Below the pieces are notes generated by a model. It ran no database searches. It was not told the origin of the DNA and saw only the letters and a program-made list of their open reading frames with translations. A DNA stretch of 64,000 nucleotides, from contig OX597821.1 in assembly GCA_951406725.2 (NCBI GenBank), positions 18,104,001-18,168,000 on the forward strand, in the 5' to 3' direction. Both the position numbers and the translations under genes were made by a program. Positions 1 through 16,284 of the stretch are shown in pieces; position 1 is the first letter of the stretch, and each line of letters opens with the position of its first letter. Source of the DNA: Octopus vulgaris. Taxonomy: Eukaryota.

Positions 1-289
1 AAGATAGGAGGAACCTGAAGAGATGTGAGAGAGAGAAAATACAGAGAAAAATAAGAGAGGAAAGAAGATAGAGATGCGCGGTTGCGGTAGTTTGGGTGTA
101 AAGTAGAGAGCAAAGAAAAAGGGGATCAAGTTTGCATAAGCGTTAAAAATACATTGAAGCGAATTTCGAGTGAGGTTTTAACCTTAGAATTCACTATAAA
201 TTACATGATGTCTAACAAGAGCATATTAGCTGAAATACAGTTTTATGGATGGATGTTTTGCTTATAGGGAACATATGTCTATGTATAGG

Positions 290-639
290 AACATATGTCT
301 ATTTGTATACACATATATGTATATATGTACGTGTGTGTGAATGTGTGTGTGTATCCGCATAAATATATATACATACAAACATACGTACATAAACATATAT
401 ATATATATATATATATGCATGTGTGTGTGTCTGTATGTGCACTAAAATTTAAAAATAGGAATATGTGTATGTGTACAAATATGTATGTATTGGTATGTAT
501 ATGCATGTGTGTATATGTGTGTGTATGTATGTATAGATATATATATAGATATATATAATATACATATATGCATATACATACACCACACATGTATATATGT
601 ATGTATGTATGTAAGTATGTATGTATGTATGTATGTATG

Positions 640-692
<53 letters not shown>
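290..692. repeat. Compound (TA)n/(TATG)n/(TG)n microsatellite
   Basis: Visible di- and tetranucleotide runs. Confidence 0.9.
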
Positions 693-696
<4 letters not shown>

Positions 697-884
697 AGAG
701 AGATAGAGAGCAATAAGAAAATGGAGGGGATTCAACAACTTTTAGACATTATATTATGTCAATTTATTTATTTACTAAAAGGACAATTATAATAATATTC
801 TTATAAATTACAATATTACTTCTCTTATAATAACTTTCTCATACTTCTGTTTATATTTTATCTAATATCAATAATATAATGCAT

Positions 885-1739
<855 letters not shown>

Positions 1740-2604
1740 TGGCTGCGGAGCTCAGGGCTAAAAGCAGAGAGCGAAGGTTTCATCCTGGCTGCTCAAGACC
1801 AAAGCCTATTAACCCGGAACTACCAGGCCAATGTGATGAAAAATGGAGCAGACCCAAAATGCCGATTCTGCAACGACATGATTGAAACAGTGGACCACCT
1901 AATCTCTGGATGTAAAGTCTTAGCACCAGTGGAGTATAAATTAAGACATGACAGAGTTGGCCAATATCTCCACTGGCTAATAAGTCGGCATTACAATATC
2001 AAAACTGCCGACAAGTGGTATAATCACCACCCTGAGGCTGTAACTGAAGGAGAAAATGTAACCATTCTGTGGGACTTTCCAGTACATACAGACCGAACCA
2101 TCAAGGCCAATAAACCAGATATTGTTGTGAAAGACCAAAACAATAAAGTTTGCTTATTGATCGACATGAGCATCCCCTGTGATCATAATATCTCAGCGAA
2201 AGAGTTTGACAAGCTCAGAAAATATAAAGACCTACTCATTGAAATTGAGAAAATGTGGCATCTCAAGGCGGTTACAATACCAGTGATCGTAGGAGCACTA
2301 GGAATGATCAAGAAGTGAACCGAAAATTATATGAGAATGATCCCTGGCTTACCATCCCTGCAAGAAGTGCAAAAGATTGTCTTAACTGGTACATCACACG
2401 TATTGAGAAGAGCATTGTCGATGTGAGAACTGTTGCTGCTCATGTATTTTAATTTAACTTTAAAAAAAAAAAAAAAAAAAAAATGAACGAACTACTGAGT
2501 TTGGTTTAATGGCCTACCAATATACACTATGAGTTTCTTTGCCCTAGGAGTCGGGAAGACACTCGGCAAGAAATGGAAGAAAATTTGAAAGAAGAAAAAA
2601 AAAA

Positions 2605-2605
<1 letters not shown>
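1740..2605 (+). mobile_element. 5'-truncated R4/Dong-clade RLE non-LTR retrotransposon, copy 1
   Basis: WLRSSGLKAESEGFILAAQDQ..., CCHC knuckle CRFC...DHLISGC, RHD, and a KPDIVV...LIDMSIP...KY PD-(D/E)xK endonuclease. Premature TGA at 2316. Flanked on both sides by (TAA)n. Confidence 0.85.
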
Positions 2606-2662
<57 letters not shown>

Positions 2663-2687
2663 CAACAACAACAACAACAACAACAGC

Positions 2688-2726
<39 letters not shown>

Positions 2727-2745
2727 AATAATAATAATAATAATT

Positions 2746-3595
<850 letters not shown>

Positions 3596-3749
3596 TGATT
3601 CATTTGTATGCATATACATGCACATATGCATGTACATTTAAGTGTAGGTATATGTATTTATGTATATTTATGTATATGTATGTATATGTAAAAGTATGTA
3701 TATGTATGTGTATTTATATTTATAACTTAACCTTATGTACTTGCTAAAA

Positions 3750-3871
3750 TCTCTGACGAAGCCTAGAGAAACACCCAAGTACTCCAATTTCATCTACTAA
3801 TTACTTCAGTCCACTGGATGGATAGAAGTAGAATGAGGTATTTTTGTCTCTTGGCTGAAACAGCTGTAAGA
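3750..3871 (+). ncRNA. Type I hammerhead-ribozyme-like motif with extended stem II
   Basis: tct-CTGACGA-agcctagaga...tctcttggct-GAA-ACAGCTGT (palindromic stem III)-A-aga. Confidence 0.6.
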
Positions 3872-4275
3872 AATTATCCCAATTTCTATTGCTATATGTT
3901 ATATATTTTAATAATTACTGATATTTGTATATTTTATATATTATATATGTAAAGCATAATATGTTATACATGTATGTATATTGTTATAATTGTCCTTTTA
4001 GTAAATAAATATATTGAAATAATATAATATCTACAAGTTGATGAATACCACATATTGATCACCTCCATTTTCTTATTGCTCAATAAATTAATGGTAAAAT
4101 AACTCTTTACCACCACCCATTTATTACTCTCGGTAATGTAATTGCCATACAATGAAAAAACTTGTGTATTAATAATTGAGTATTCTATATAATATCTATA
4201 TTGGATAGATATTATCCCTTAGTTGGTTGGATTCGATTCACAACCTCTTTCTTCGAATATATATATATATATATA

Positions 4276-4567
4276 TCACCGTGATCACCGTGACCGACCA
4301 GGCTATCAGATGATGTTGCTACACATCGTTGGTCACAATGCGCTTCGCATTGTTTTAGCCTTCAAATGACGCCACCCCGCTGGCTAAGCGAGCAGGCCAA
4401 CAGAAGAAAGAGTGAGAGAAAGTTGTGGCGAATGAGTACAGCAGGTATCGCCACCACCCCCTGCCGGAGCCTCGTGGAGCTTTAGGTGTTTTCGCTCAAT
4501 AAACACTTACAACGCCTGGTCTGGAAATCGAAACCGCGATCCTACAACCGCGAGTTCGCTGCCCTAA

Positions 4568-4570
<3 letters not shown>
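4276..4570 (-). mobile_element. tRNA-derived SINE (family C; same as 13964-14272)
   Basis: Near-identical to 13964-14272. The minus strand has a tRNA-like head with B-box GTTTCGATT. Confidence 0.75.
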
Positions 4571-4631
<61 letters not shown>

Positions 4632-4778
4632 AGAAATAAGTGGAAATGTTACCGGTGAGTGTGTTAAATTATAAGGCACAAAAAGAAAATGACTCTCCCC
4701 AGACACAACAGAATATGCTTCAACACACGAGCTCATTTAAAGAATCTTGCAAACCAAATCCCAAAAAGAAATATATAT

Positions 4779-4936
4779 AAATACACTTGAACAATTGGAA
4801 ACGTGAAATTAAGAGTATTACAGCTAAGAATCTTATACATATATACACCACACATGTATGTGTTAATGCATGGTAACTGAAAGATTCTTAGTTTTAATAC
4901 TCTTAATTTCACGTTTCCAATTGTTCAAGTGTATTT
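4779..4936. repeat. Inverted repeat, ~56-bp arms with ~46-bp spacer
   Basis: aaatacacttgaacaattggaaacgtgaaattaagagtatta...aagaatctt is the reverse complement of 4881-4936, with 2 mismatches. Confidence 0.9.
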
Positions 4937-6667
4937 CCAGCCTGTTTTCTCTGGAACTTTTTATTATTTGAAAATATTTTGAAATACTTTATGAAAGTGA
5001 TGAAGAAAGCGTTCATCATTATGGATTTCTTAAATTACTGTCCGGACAATATGTGTTAAAACGAATCTTTCTATCTCACGTTTTTCATTTCCTTTTGGGT
5101 GGTCATCGGAGTTATCCAAATGTCTTACACCTTATATTCTAAGAACTGTCCTCATAAAATTGCGTTGTTGTTTAAATAATACTTTAAATTATAAACATTT
5201 TAAAAGATATGTTAGAAATGGAATATTTTAAAAATACAAAGTGTGTGTGTGTGTGTGTCTTTGAGTTTCTTCCTTGGTTTTCGTTTCTGTTGGAAAGCGC
5301 TTAAAACCAATGCTCTTACTCCCCGAATCCCGAACTAAGAGAAAATTCAAGGAGGCTAATACATACAAATGATACTTTACTCCATGTATATAAAGTGCAA
5401 AAACTTAGTTCCTTCCTCCTACTTGTTACTTCCTTGAAACAAAATTTTTAATTTTTCGCTCAAAGGACACGCAGTATTTTTTATTCGCGGCTAACTTTCC
5501 TGTATGAATTTGCCTTTTCTACAATCGACCAGGCAATTTCGAATTCGTGACGACTTGTTTCACACATGAACTATATAAATTTCGAGAAAACCAGGCTGAC
5601 CGAAAAAAGTTTTCAGTTCTATATTTAAGAGATGAGGAATTATGTACAGTCGACGGATACTTTTCCTCGTCTTGTTGATATACCCTTTAGCCTTCTTCGG
5701 GTGTCTTGGGGAAATTTCGAACCTGGGTTCTTATTCCTAAGGTTTTTTTCGATGTTATTATTATTATTATTGCTATTGTTATTGTTCAGGTCACTGCTTG
5801 GAATCGAACTCGGAATCTTGGGGTTAGTAGCCCGTGCTCTTAACCACTACGCTATATGCCCGTGGGTAATTATTATCTGGTCTCAATATTGAGTCTAGAA
5901 AATTAACGACGATAAGGTTTGTATCTATGATAATATTAAGTTCCGCTTTATGTCAGTTACTGGTATTTTAATCAAATTTTTCCATCTACCTAACGCATGA
6001 CCACTACAGTTTCTCGACTGAAACAGGCTGCATCACAAACCCAAAATACAATGAAAACTATTTTGGGGAGACTGACCAGTCGTGTAAATGCGCATAAACA
6101 ACAAATTAGGGATTCATCTCTTAGGAATGTCCCATGCAATGAACATCTAGACATTTGTGCAAATAAAAAAAAATTAAAATACTCCCATTTAAAAAAATAA
6201 TCGACAAAAATGATCAACCACGAAAGGCAAAAAAAGAGTACTTTATAACAATTCTATATCCGAAACTAAACTGAAAATAGTCAACAGTTCATATGATAAA
6301 CAACGGTAAAGGAATATTTACATATTATCTTTTAACAAAATATTAGATAAAAATGATTATCTATGAAAGAAAAAGGAAAAATACTACATGAAAACATTAA
6401 GTCCGAAAATAAAGCGCAAATAGTTAATACTATCACTACTACAAAAATGGCAACTTCCTCTTTCACACATTATCCAAGAACACGTGTGTTTGAAAAGATA
6501 ATCGAAAGCGCTAGCACACTAGAAAGAAACTTCTTCCACGATGTCTAGTGATGTTCTGATAAGGAATTTATAAGGGTTTTTTTTAAAATCTTCCTTATAC
6601 TTAGTAAAATTGTACCAAGTACTTTTCACAAAGACTTTTAAATATATATATACATATATATACATAG

Positions 6668-6839
<172 letters not shown>

Positions 6840-7013
6840 CTTATACACATATAAATAAACATATATATATAAACAGAGAGAGAGAAAGAGAAAGAGAGAG
6901 TGGGTGTATGTGCGATATGTACACAATATGGGTAGTGGTAGATTTGAGTCTGCGATGTATATGAATTTGTGTGTTGAGAAGTATGGTGTATATTACCAAT
7001 ATGATATGCTTAC

Positions 7014-7161
7014 CGATATTCGATAGTCTGTAATTGGCCATAACAACAACAACATTGGTGCTAACAGCTAATACGTCACCATCAAACATGGCTGCCATAC
7101 CGACAACGTTAGACCCTCCATGTATATAGGCTAGGACATGACGTAAATCTTTGGAATCTGT
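7014..7161 (-). CDS. Neuroligin-like / carboxylesterase gene, coding exon 3
   Basis: ctatacaatttag|ACA...ATC G|gtaagc. 148 nt encoding TDSKDLRHVLAYIHGGSNVVGMAAMFDGDVLAVSTNVVVVMANYRLSNI(G), with the YIHGGS and NYRL motifs. Phase-1 donor. The next exon (expected FL...GN.GL.DQ) was not found in 1-7013, so the gene continues beyond the window. Confidence 0.95.
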
Positions 7162-7429
7162 CTAAATTGTATAGAAAGAAGCAGAAGTAACAAAATCATC
7201 GCAAAGATTTGAGAACAAGAATAATTTTTTTTAAAGGTTTGTAATTTAAGCTCGCGGCCAAGAATTTTGAGGGCAGAGGATTAGTCGGATACCATCGACC
7301 TCATTTTTGACTGGTATTTTTTTTTATCAAATCCCGTAGAATGAAAGGCAAAGAATAGCACTCAATAGTAATAATGAGGGGTGGAAAGAGAGTTTCCCAT
7401 GGCAAAGCATGAAAGGTCCAATATAAAGA

Positions 7430-9600
7430 TGAAAATAAATGGGGGAATTTACATACAATGGGATGATATGTACAAAAAAGTTAAGAAGTATATTTGGTAT
7501 ATATTATAAATAAAATAAAAAAAGTATACATAGTATATATCAGTAAAAAAAAAAGATGGTGGTGATGTGCTCCTCCTGATACAGGAGGGTCAGATCTCAC
7601 GCCAATCAAGGAACTTCATTATATAAAATCCCCCTGAACACCAAGAGCAAGTATTCTCTCCAATTCTTATTCTCTGACTAACAGGTCTATACTTAGAGCA
7701 GTGTCATCCACTCTTCCACTTTCAACCACCTTTCAATATATTCGCACGAGGACGGCACTTCTCTATCTTCACTTTTCTTTTCAACTGAAATTGGAAAATG
7801 TCGATGAGGGCGCTACCAAAGAGGAATGTCTCAGTCCGCATACCTTTCAGCCTCATCTGCCAGACAAGCTCTTTTGCCATAGTCACTGGACAAAGATAAC
7901 TCCTGAAAAAACAATACAGTCTTGTCTCATCGATGTCCAGAGCCATCATCACTCACACCCTCAACTAACCTTCTATAGAGTACTAGATGCCAAATGACAA
8001 ATCTTGGTTCTCGCTTGACCCATGACTGCAGCCTAGTCGGAGAGGAGAGCTGCAGAAAGATAAGTTGCACGATAGACGCCCGTCTACACTAGTTAGCCCA
8101 TGTCTTTTTCATAATGATCCAGTTATTTTTGCTCGTGGTCAGCTTCAGCGCGTGCCGGCGCATCTTCAGGACAGCATCCTGAGACCTCGAAGGAGTAGGT
8201 GTTGACAGCAAATGAATTTCTCGACCAGTGAAACCTGTCCATTCCATAAGAAACGAAAAGTATGCGCTCCAGTCTGCCCATATATCCCTTGGAACACTTC
8301 GACAGCCATGTGATAGTACTCCACTGAGACAATATATGCATTCGCTACTTCCGTCCGACTATTTAGAGACAGTCTGCTCTCAACCCAGTTTTGTGTGATA
8401 TTTGGCCACCCTGCTCGCGCCGTTTTCCCGTTCATATGGATCTGGAGGTCTGGTTCAGACCAGACTTCGAGTAACTTAACCGGGCCCTCAGTCCAGCAAC
8501 AGAAATCACTGCTGGTCAACAGACTTGTTTTGGTTTATATGACCTCCCCTATATACTTGGGATCTTTTTAGTATAAAGAGATCATTCTTGGTGGACCGAA
8601 CATTCATTGCTGAAAGGTTCCGAGCGGTGGCCGTGTTATTTGACAATCGACCAGATGCCGCTGTACATTGTGGTGATCCAGCCTCTGAGGATGGGACCAA
8701 ACTAGACAGCTCTTGGGACAGCCACTAAGAGCGATGATCTATCCTATCGAATACCTTGGACTGATTCACCCTGTCACAACAATATATATTCATCACCAGC
8801 TCTACGATGTAGCACATGAAGTAGAGGTCGTGGGGAATAGATCTGTTGAGGAACGCACAGGTTTGTACGTCTCCGATTACGTTACCGAGAACAAATATCA
8901 GCCTGTTGGTGAGCACCGGTGCTAAACTCTTGATTTCTGGTTGAGCAGCGATATAGGTCGTCTTTCTCTGGATTTTTTCGCAGCTGTGTCAGCATTCCCT
9001 GGCTCACTCGACTGGGAATGCACCAATTCTGTTGTCCGTTGCAGTGGATGGCTACCAAGAAAGGAGCGAACAAGACTGGCATGTGGAAATATAACTTATA
9101 GGACAGACCACCACAGTTCGCGCAGTAGTTCATCAGACCCGTCACTGAATCAGCTGAAATCAGCTTCTTGCAGCACTTCGTCTTCCTATCTGATAGTCGT
9201 AGTAAACCGTCAAGGTATACTTCAAAGCCAACCGTCTCCTTGGAAACAGTTCGAATTGCTGCCGAAACACTGCACCCAACTGCTTGAAATTTAAGATCCC
9301 ACGCCTGTTGCGGTCCGTGATGAGCCGCCGCCACCTGAGCCCAGTGGACGGCTTTTGGACCTTCGTTCCAGCTCCTATAAACTACTCCTACATAATCCTT
9401 ACGTGCGTCCAATATCCCATTCCAATCGCCCACTAACACTAGTTACCGAGATGTTCCCAGGTAAGTCTCGAGACGTCTACAGAAATCTGACCTATTGCAA
9501 TGTAGACAGCCAATAGTCTGTCGTTTTCATTGTTGCTCACGTCCAAGACCACCAATCTACCGACCGGTTCTTAGAAGACCGAATTCACAATTACTTTTTG
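7430..9600 (-). mobile_element. Decayed L1/Tx1-like LINE (APE and RT fragments)
   Basis: Minus-strand fragments: LVGDWNGILD (APE GDxN motif), TNRLIFVLGNVIGDVQTCAFLNRSI and NQSKVFDRIDH (RT domains 2-3). Many stops and frameshifts. Confidence 0.65.
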
Positions 9601-10172
9601 TCGTTGTTTTAATTCCTAACATCCATACTGAATAAGTCCAGGCTTCCTTGTGGACTTGTCAAAACCAGGGTGAATAATCACCTGCTACTTATGAAAGACC
9701 TCGGCTATCATTTCTCCGCTTACAGACAAATGATCAGAGTAGGGTCGTTTACTAGGACTATATTCGACACTATCACCCACATTTCAACAAATTTACGAGA
9801 AGAAAATATCTCTAATTTCCACCCTCAATTTATGCTCAAAGTGAAACTTGAAAAAGTAGATAAGGGTTCAATCGAAAAGGAAAGTGCCTGTCATCAATTC
9901 TTGCAGTCGCCTCATGTGGACCATCTGCAACCCTACCCCACCCAAGATTTTATGTTGATGTTACAGCCTCAGCCTGTAAAGATTTTTTCACTTGCCACAT
10001 GGACATAGAATCAATAACATGTGTCACGAAACACTATACTACTCAGAAGTAAAGCCGAGATAAAACGCAGCTAAGCATTTTGTCCGGCGTGTGAATGATT
10101 CTACCAGCTCTCCGCCCTATTTGAAAGTATACAATAAGAGAATACAAGATAAGGAATGATTCGAAAACTTAC

Positions 10173-10328
10173 CCGGGATAAGTAAATGTTCAGGTAAAGA
10201 CAATCTTCATGAAAATCGGTAAAATTCGGACGATGATCCTGGACATAAAATGACTTGGGTTGTACACAGGCAGGTGGATAGGTGGTGCAGTTGCGGATCT
10301 CACGCCACTCGTCTGGGCTAACTGGATT
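10173..10328 (-). CDS. Neuroligin-like / carboxylesterase gene, coding exon 2 (absent from the ORF track)
   Basis: tctgtattacag|AAT...CGG|gtaagt. 156 nt encoding NPVSPDEWREIRNCTTYPPACVQPKSFYVQDHRPNFTDFHEDCLYLNIYLSR, with the EDCLYLNIY carboxylesterase signature and its partner Cys. Phase 0/0, in frame with exon 1. Confidence 0.95.
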
Positions 10329-10535
10329 CTGTAATACAGAATAAATGGTCAGATTCTTCGATCAATAAAGGTGGAAGTTCGGGTAGATAGATACATTTTT
10401 ATACTGAGGAGGAGGAGGAGGACTCAATGTGTTATTCTTCTTTGTTATTCTTCGGTTGTAGAAACGTATCAAGCAAGAAAATCTCAGCAAGTGATAAAGT
10501 GAATCACCACCCTTCGTATACACACACGCACACAA

Positions 10536-13435
<2,900 letters not shown>

Positions 13436-13463
13436 CTACACAATGGTTCATACTAATTATTCC

Positions 13464-13509
<46 letters not shown>

Positions 13510-13518
<9 letters not shown>

Positions 13519-13862
13519 CTTAAATTGTCTGTGTATGGCAGGTTTGGCAGCTTTCAACTAACACTATCTCCTCCGTGACACTGCGGTGCAAGCTGACCAA
13601 AATTGAGAGTATGATAGAAGGCTTCAAATCGGATCATGTTAACACCAAAAATTATTTACATCAAAAAGGTGCTTTTTTTAATAAAAATCCCTACTTTTTA
13701 CGTTTTATTGATTGCTGTGTCGCCATTTTTCTGTGTATTTCAACCAGAGAAAATGTTCACTTAAAGAGAATAACAAGCTATATAATGCAACATTTTTACT
13801 TTCCAAAAATTTCAATTCTAAAGGGTCGAAACAAACCCGAGCAACGCCGGGCGATACTGCTA

Positions 13863-13863
<1 letters not shown>
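13510..13863 (+). mobile_element. Non-autonomous Helitron
   Basis: 3' hairpin cccgagcaacgccggg plus CTAG|T terminus, identical to the 22808 and 60968 copies. The 5' end merges into (TA)n. Confidence 0.75.
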
Positions 13864-13953
<90 letters not shown>

Positions 13954-13963
13954 TGTATGTATA

Positions 13964-14272
13964 TCACCATGATCACCGTGACCGACCAGGCTATCAGATG
14001 TTGCTACACATCGCTGGTCACAATGCGCTTAACATTATTTTAGCCTTCAAATGACGCCACCCCGTTGGCTAAGCGAGCAGGCCAACAGACGAAAGAGTGA
14101 GAGAAAGTTGTGGCGAAAGAGTACAGCTGGAATCGCCACCACCCCCTGCCGGAGCCTCGTGGAGCTTTAGGAGTTTTCGCTCAATAAACACCCACAACGC
14201 TCGGTCTGGGAATCGAAACCGCGATCCTACGACCGCGAGTTCGCTTCCCTAACCACTGGGCCATTGCGCCTC
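13964..14272 (-). mobile_element. tRNA-derived SINE (family C), full length
   Basis: Minus strand starts GGAGGCGCAATGGCCCAGTGGTTAGG...GGTTTCGATTCCC (A and B boxes). Second copy at 4276. Confidence 0.8.
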
Positions 14273-14332
<60 letters not shown>

Positions 14333-14338
14333 TACATT

Positions 14339-14418
<80 letters not shown>

Positions 14419-14559
14419 GGCCACAAGGCCAGCAAGTACAGGGGAGGGATTAAGTGGATTATACCGACACTTGTCCAAGGTTCAATACAGTAGTGCTAAA
14501 CTCGTAACCACTTGGTTGGGAAATAAGCGTTTTACCACACAATCACGCTTGCACCTTTT

Positions 14560-14935
14560 TGGTAATATGATCCTTTGAACCTTAATCTGTTGCAGTATGT
14601 CCTGATTTTCGAGGACGATACCTGCACCTCTGGGACTAGGCAATGACGATCTGTTCAAATATTAGTATGGATCTCAATGCTGAAGGTTGGTACGAGTCCA
14701 TCAAGTATCTATTAATAGGTCACTGCATATCATCCTCGTCTTCTCATCAGGATGTAAAGTTTTAATGCTTGCAGCTTGTCTCAGTAGCACAGCTGTTCCA
14801 CTGTGACGATTTTCTACGTGAAGCATCGTTAGATTGCTACAAAACCTGCTGTTATTTTACTGTTCTATGACTGTGAACAGTAATCCAGGCGGCTGAGGAC
14901 ATATGTACTCCACAAAAGCACGTTATTTCTAGCCT
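14560..14935 (-). mobile_element. Old CR1/L2-like LINE 3' fragment (related to 41990-42490)
   Basis: Degenerate similarity to the YWERL..L.LYS..RRRE region of the 41990-42490 element. Confidence 0.4.
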
Positions 14936-15052
14936 TCCTGTACTGAACACTATATAAATGCTAATAAAATATTTGGCGAACAGTGTTCTTGTTTTGTCTT
15001 CGTTGTTTCTTTTGTATTTAAATTATATGTATCTCTCCCCCATCTCTCTCTG

Positions 15053-15098
<46 letters not shown>

Positions 15099-15194
15099 GA
15101 GAGATAAGAAGGGAGGGAGATAGATAGATATGTGTATGTGTAAATGTATGCGTATGCATATATATATATGTGTGCTTGTGTATATGTTTATGTG

Positions 15195-15249
<55 letters not shown>

Positions 15250-15310
15250 ATTGGTGTGTGTGTGTGTATGTGTATGTTTATGCGTCCATGGATACTTACA
15301 TATATATAGG

Positions 15311-15418
15311 AGAAGAAGAAGAAGAAGAAGAAGAAGAAGAAGAAGAAGAAGAAGAAGAAGAAGAAGAAGAAGAAGAAGAAGAAGAAGAAGAAGAAGAAGA
15401 AGAAGAAGAAGAAGAAGA
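15311..15418. repeat. (GAA)n microsatellite
   Basis: Pure run of about 36 units. Confidence 0.95.
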
Positions 15419-16284
15419 TAATGGTGTGATGTCATCTGCGAAATTAAAAGAGCTTCCAAGAAAAACACTTTGGTAAAAAAATAAAGAATGGTTTTCAAAA
15501 TTCTATATTTGGTAAGTGCGAAGTGTGCCAAGATATTTTGCACACACAACATGATAAGCTTTACATATCGTAAAGCTGTAGATTTCTTTCCCGAGAGAAT
15601 TTTAAAAATTCCTGCCAAACAGGAAATGTGCTGTGCATATATATATATAACATAAATAAACACTGATGTATCAAATACCATACAACGTAAGATCTTGATT
15701 TATTGACATTAAATCCGCCTCTTGAAGTTTGTATCATAATTACCACATGATAATTAAGACCAGCTCCATTTGACAGGGAGAGGTAATCTCTTGATGCAAG
15801 AATTTTCCCAAAGCTGACAAGCCTTTAAAGAAAATGGTAGGCTTACTGTCTGGAGATTAGAGGAGCATAGGGGATACGTGTCTTCTGATTCAGTAGCCGT
15901 CATCAGCGCGACAATTGTCTAACTTTATCTCCTGTAGTCAAGGGACTTAGACATATACAAAGAAGATATATTTATGACTGGGTAATTTGCATATTTTAAA
16001 CAGAAATGAACTGAGAGAAATAATGTAGGGTGGCCAGTAGCATGTTTCTGAACAACTTAGACAAATACTAGTTGTGGTCAAACGACATATCTAACGGTAA
16101 AGGTAAAAGAAAATATTGAAAATGAAGGATTTCCACCTGCCTGCAGATTTCATGCTAATCTATCTCTGGTCAACTTTCTAAATTTATCTTAAATGACTAA
16201 TTAATGTACAACCTCCTAATCTTAATTGGTATGACATTCATAGAATTATATTTGTTTCAGTAAGTGACATGTGGTAAAAATGGG

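Noticed and set aside
5660-5710. Hammerhead on the minus strand (CCGAAGA-aggct...)
   Set aside because: The GAAA/stem III half is absent in this copy.
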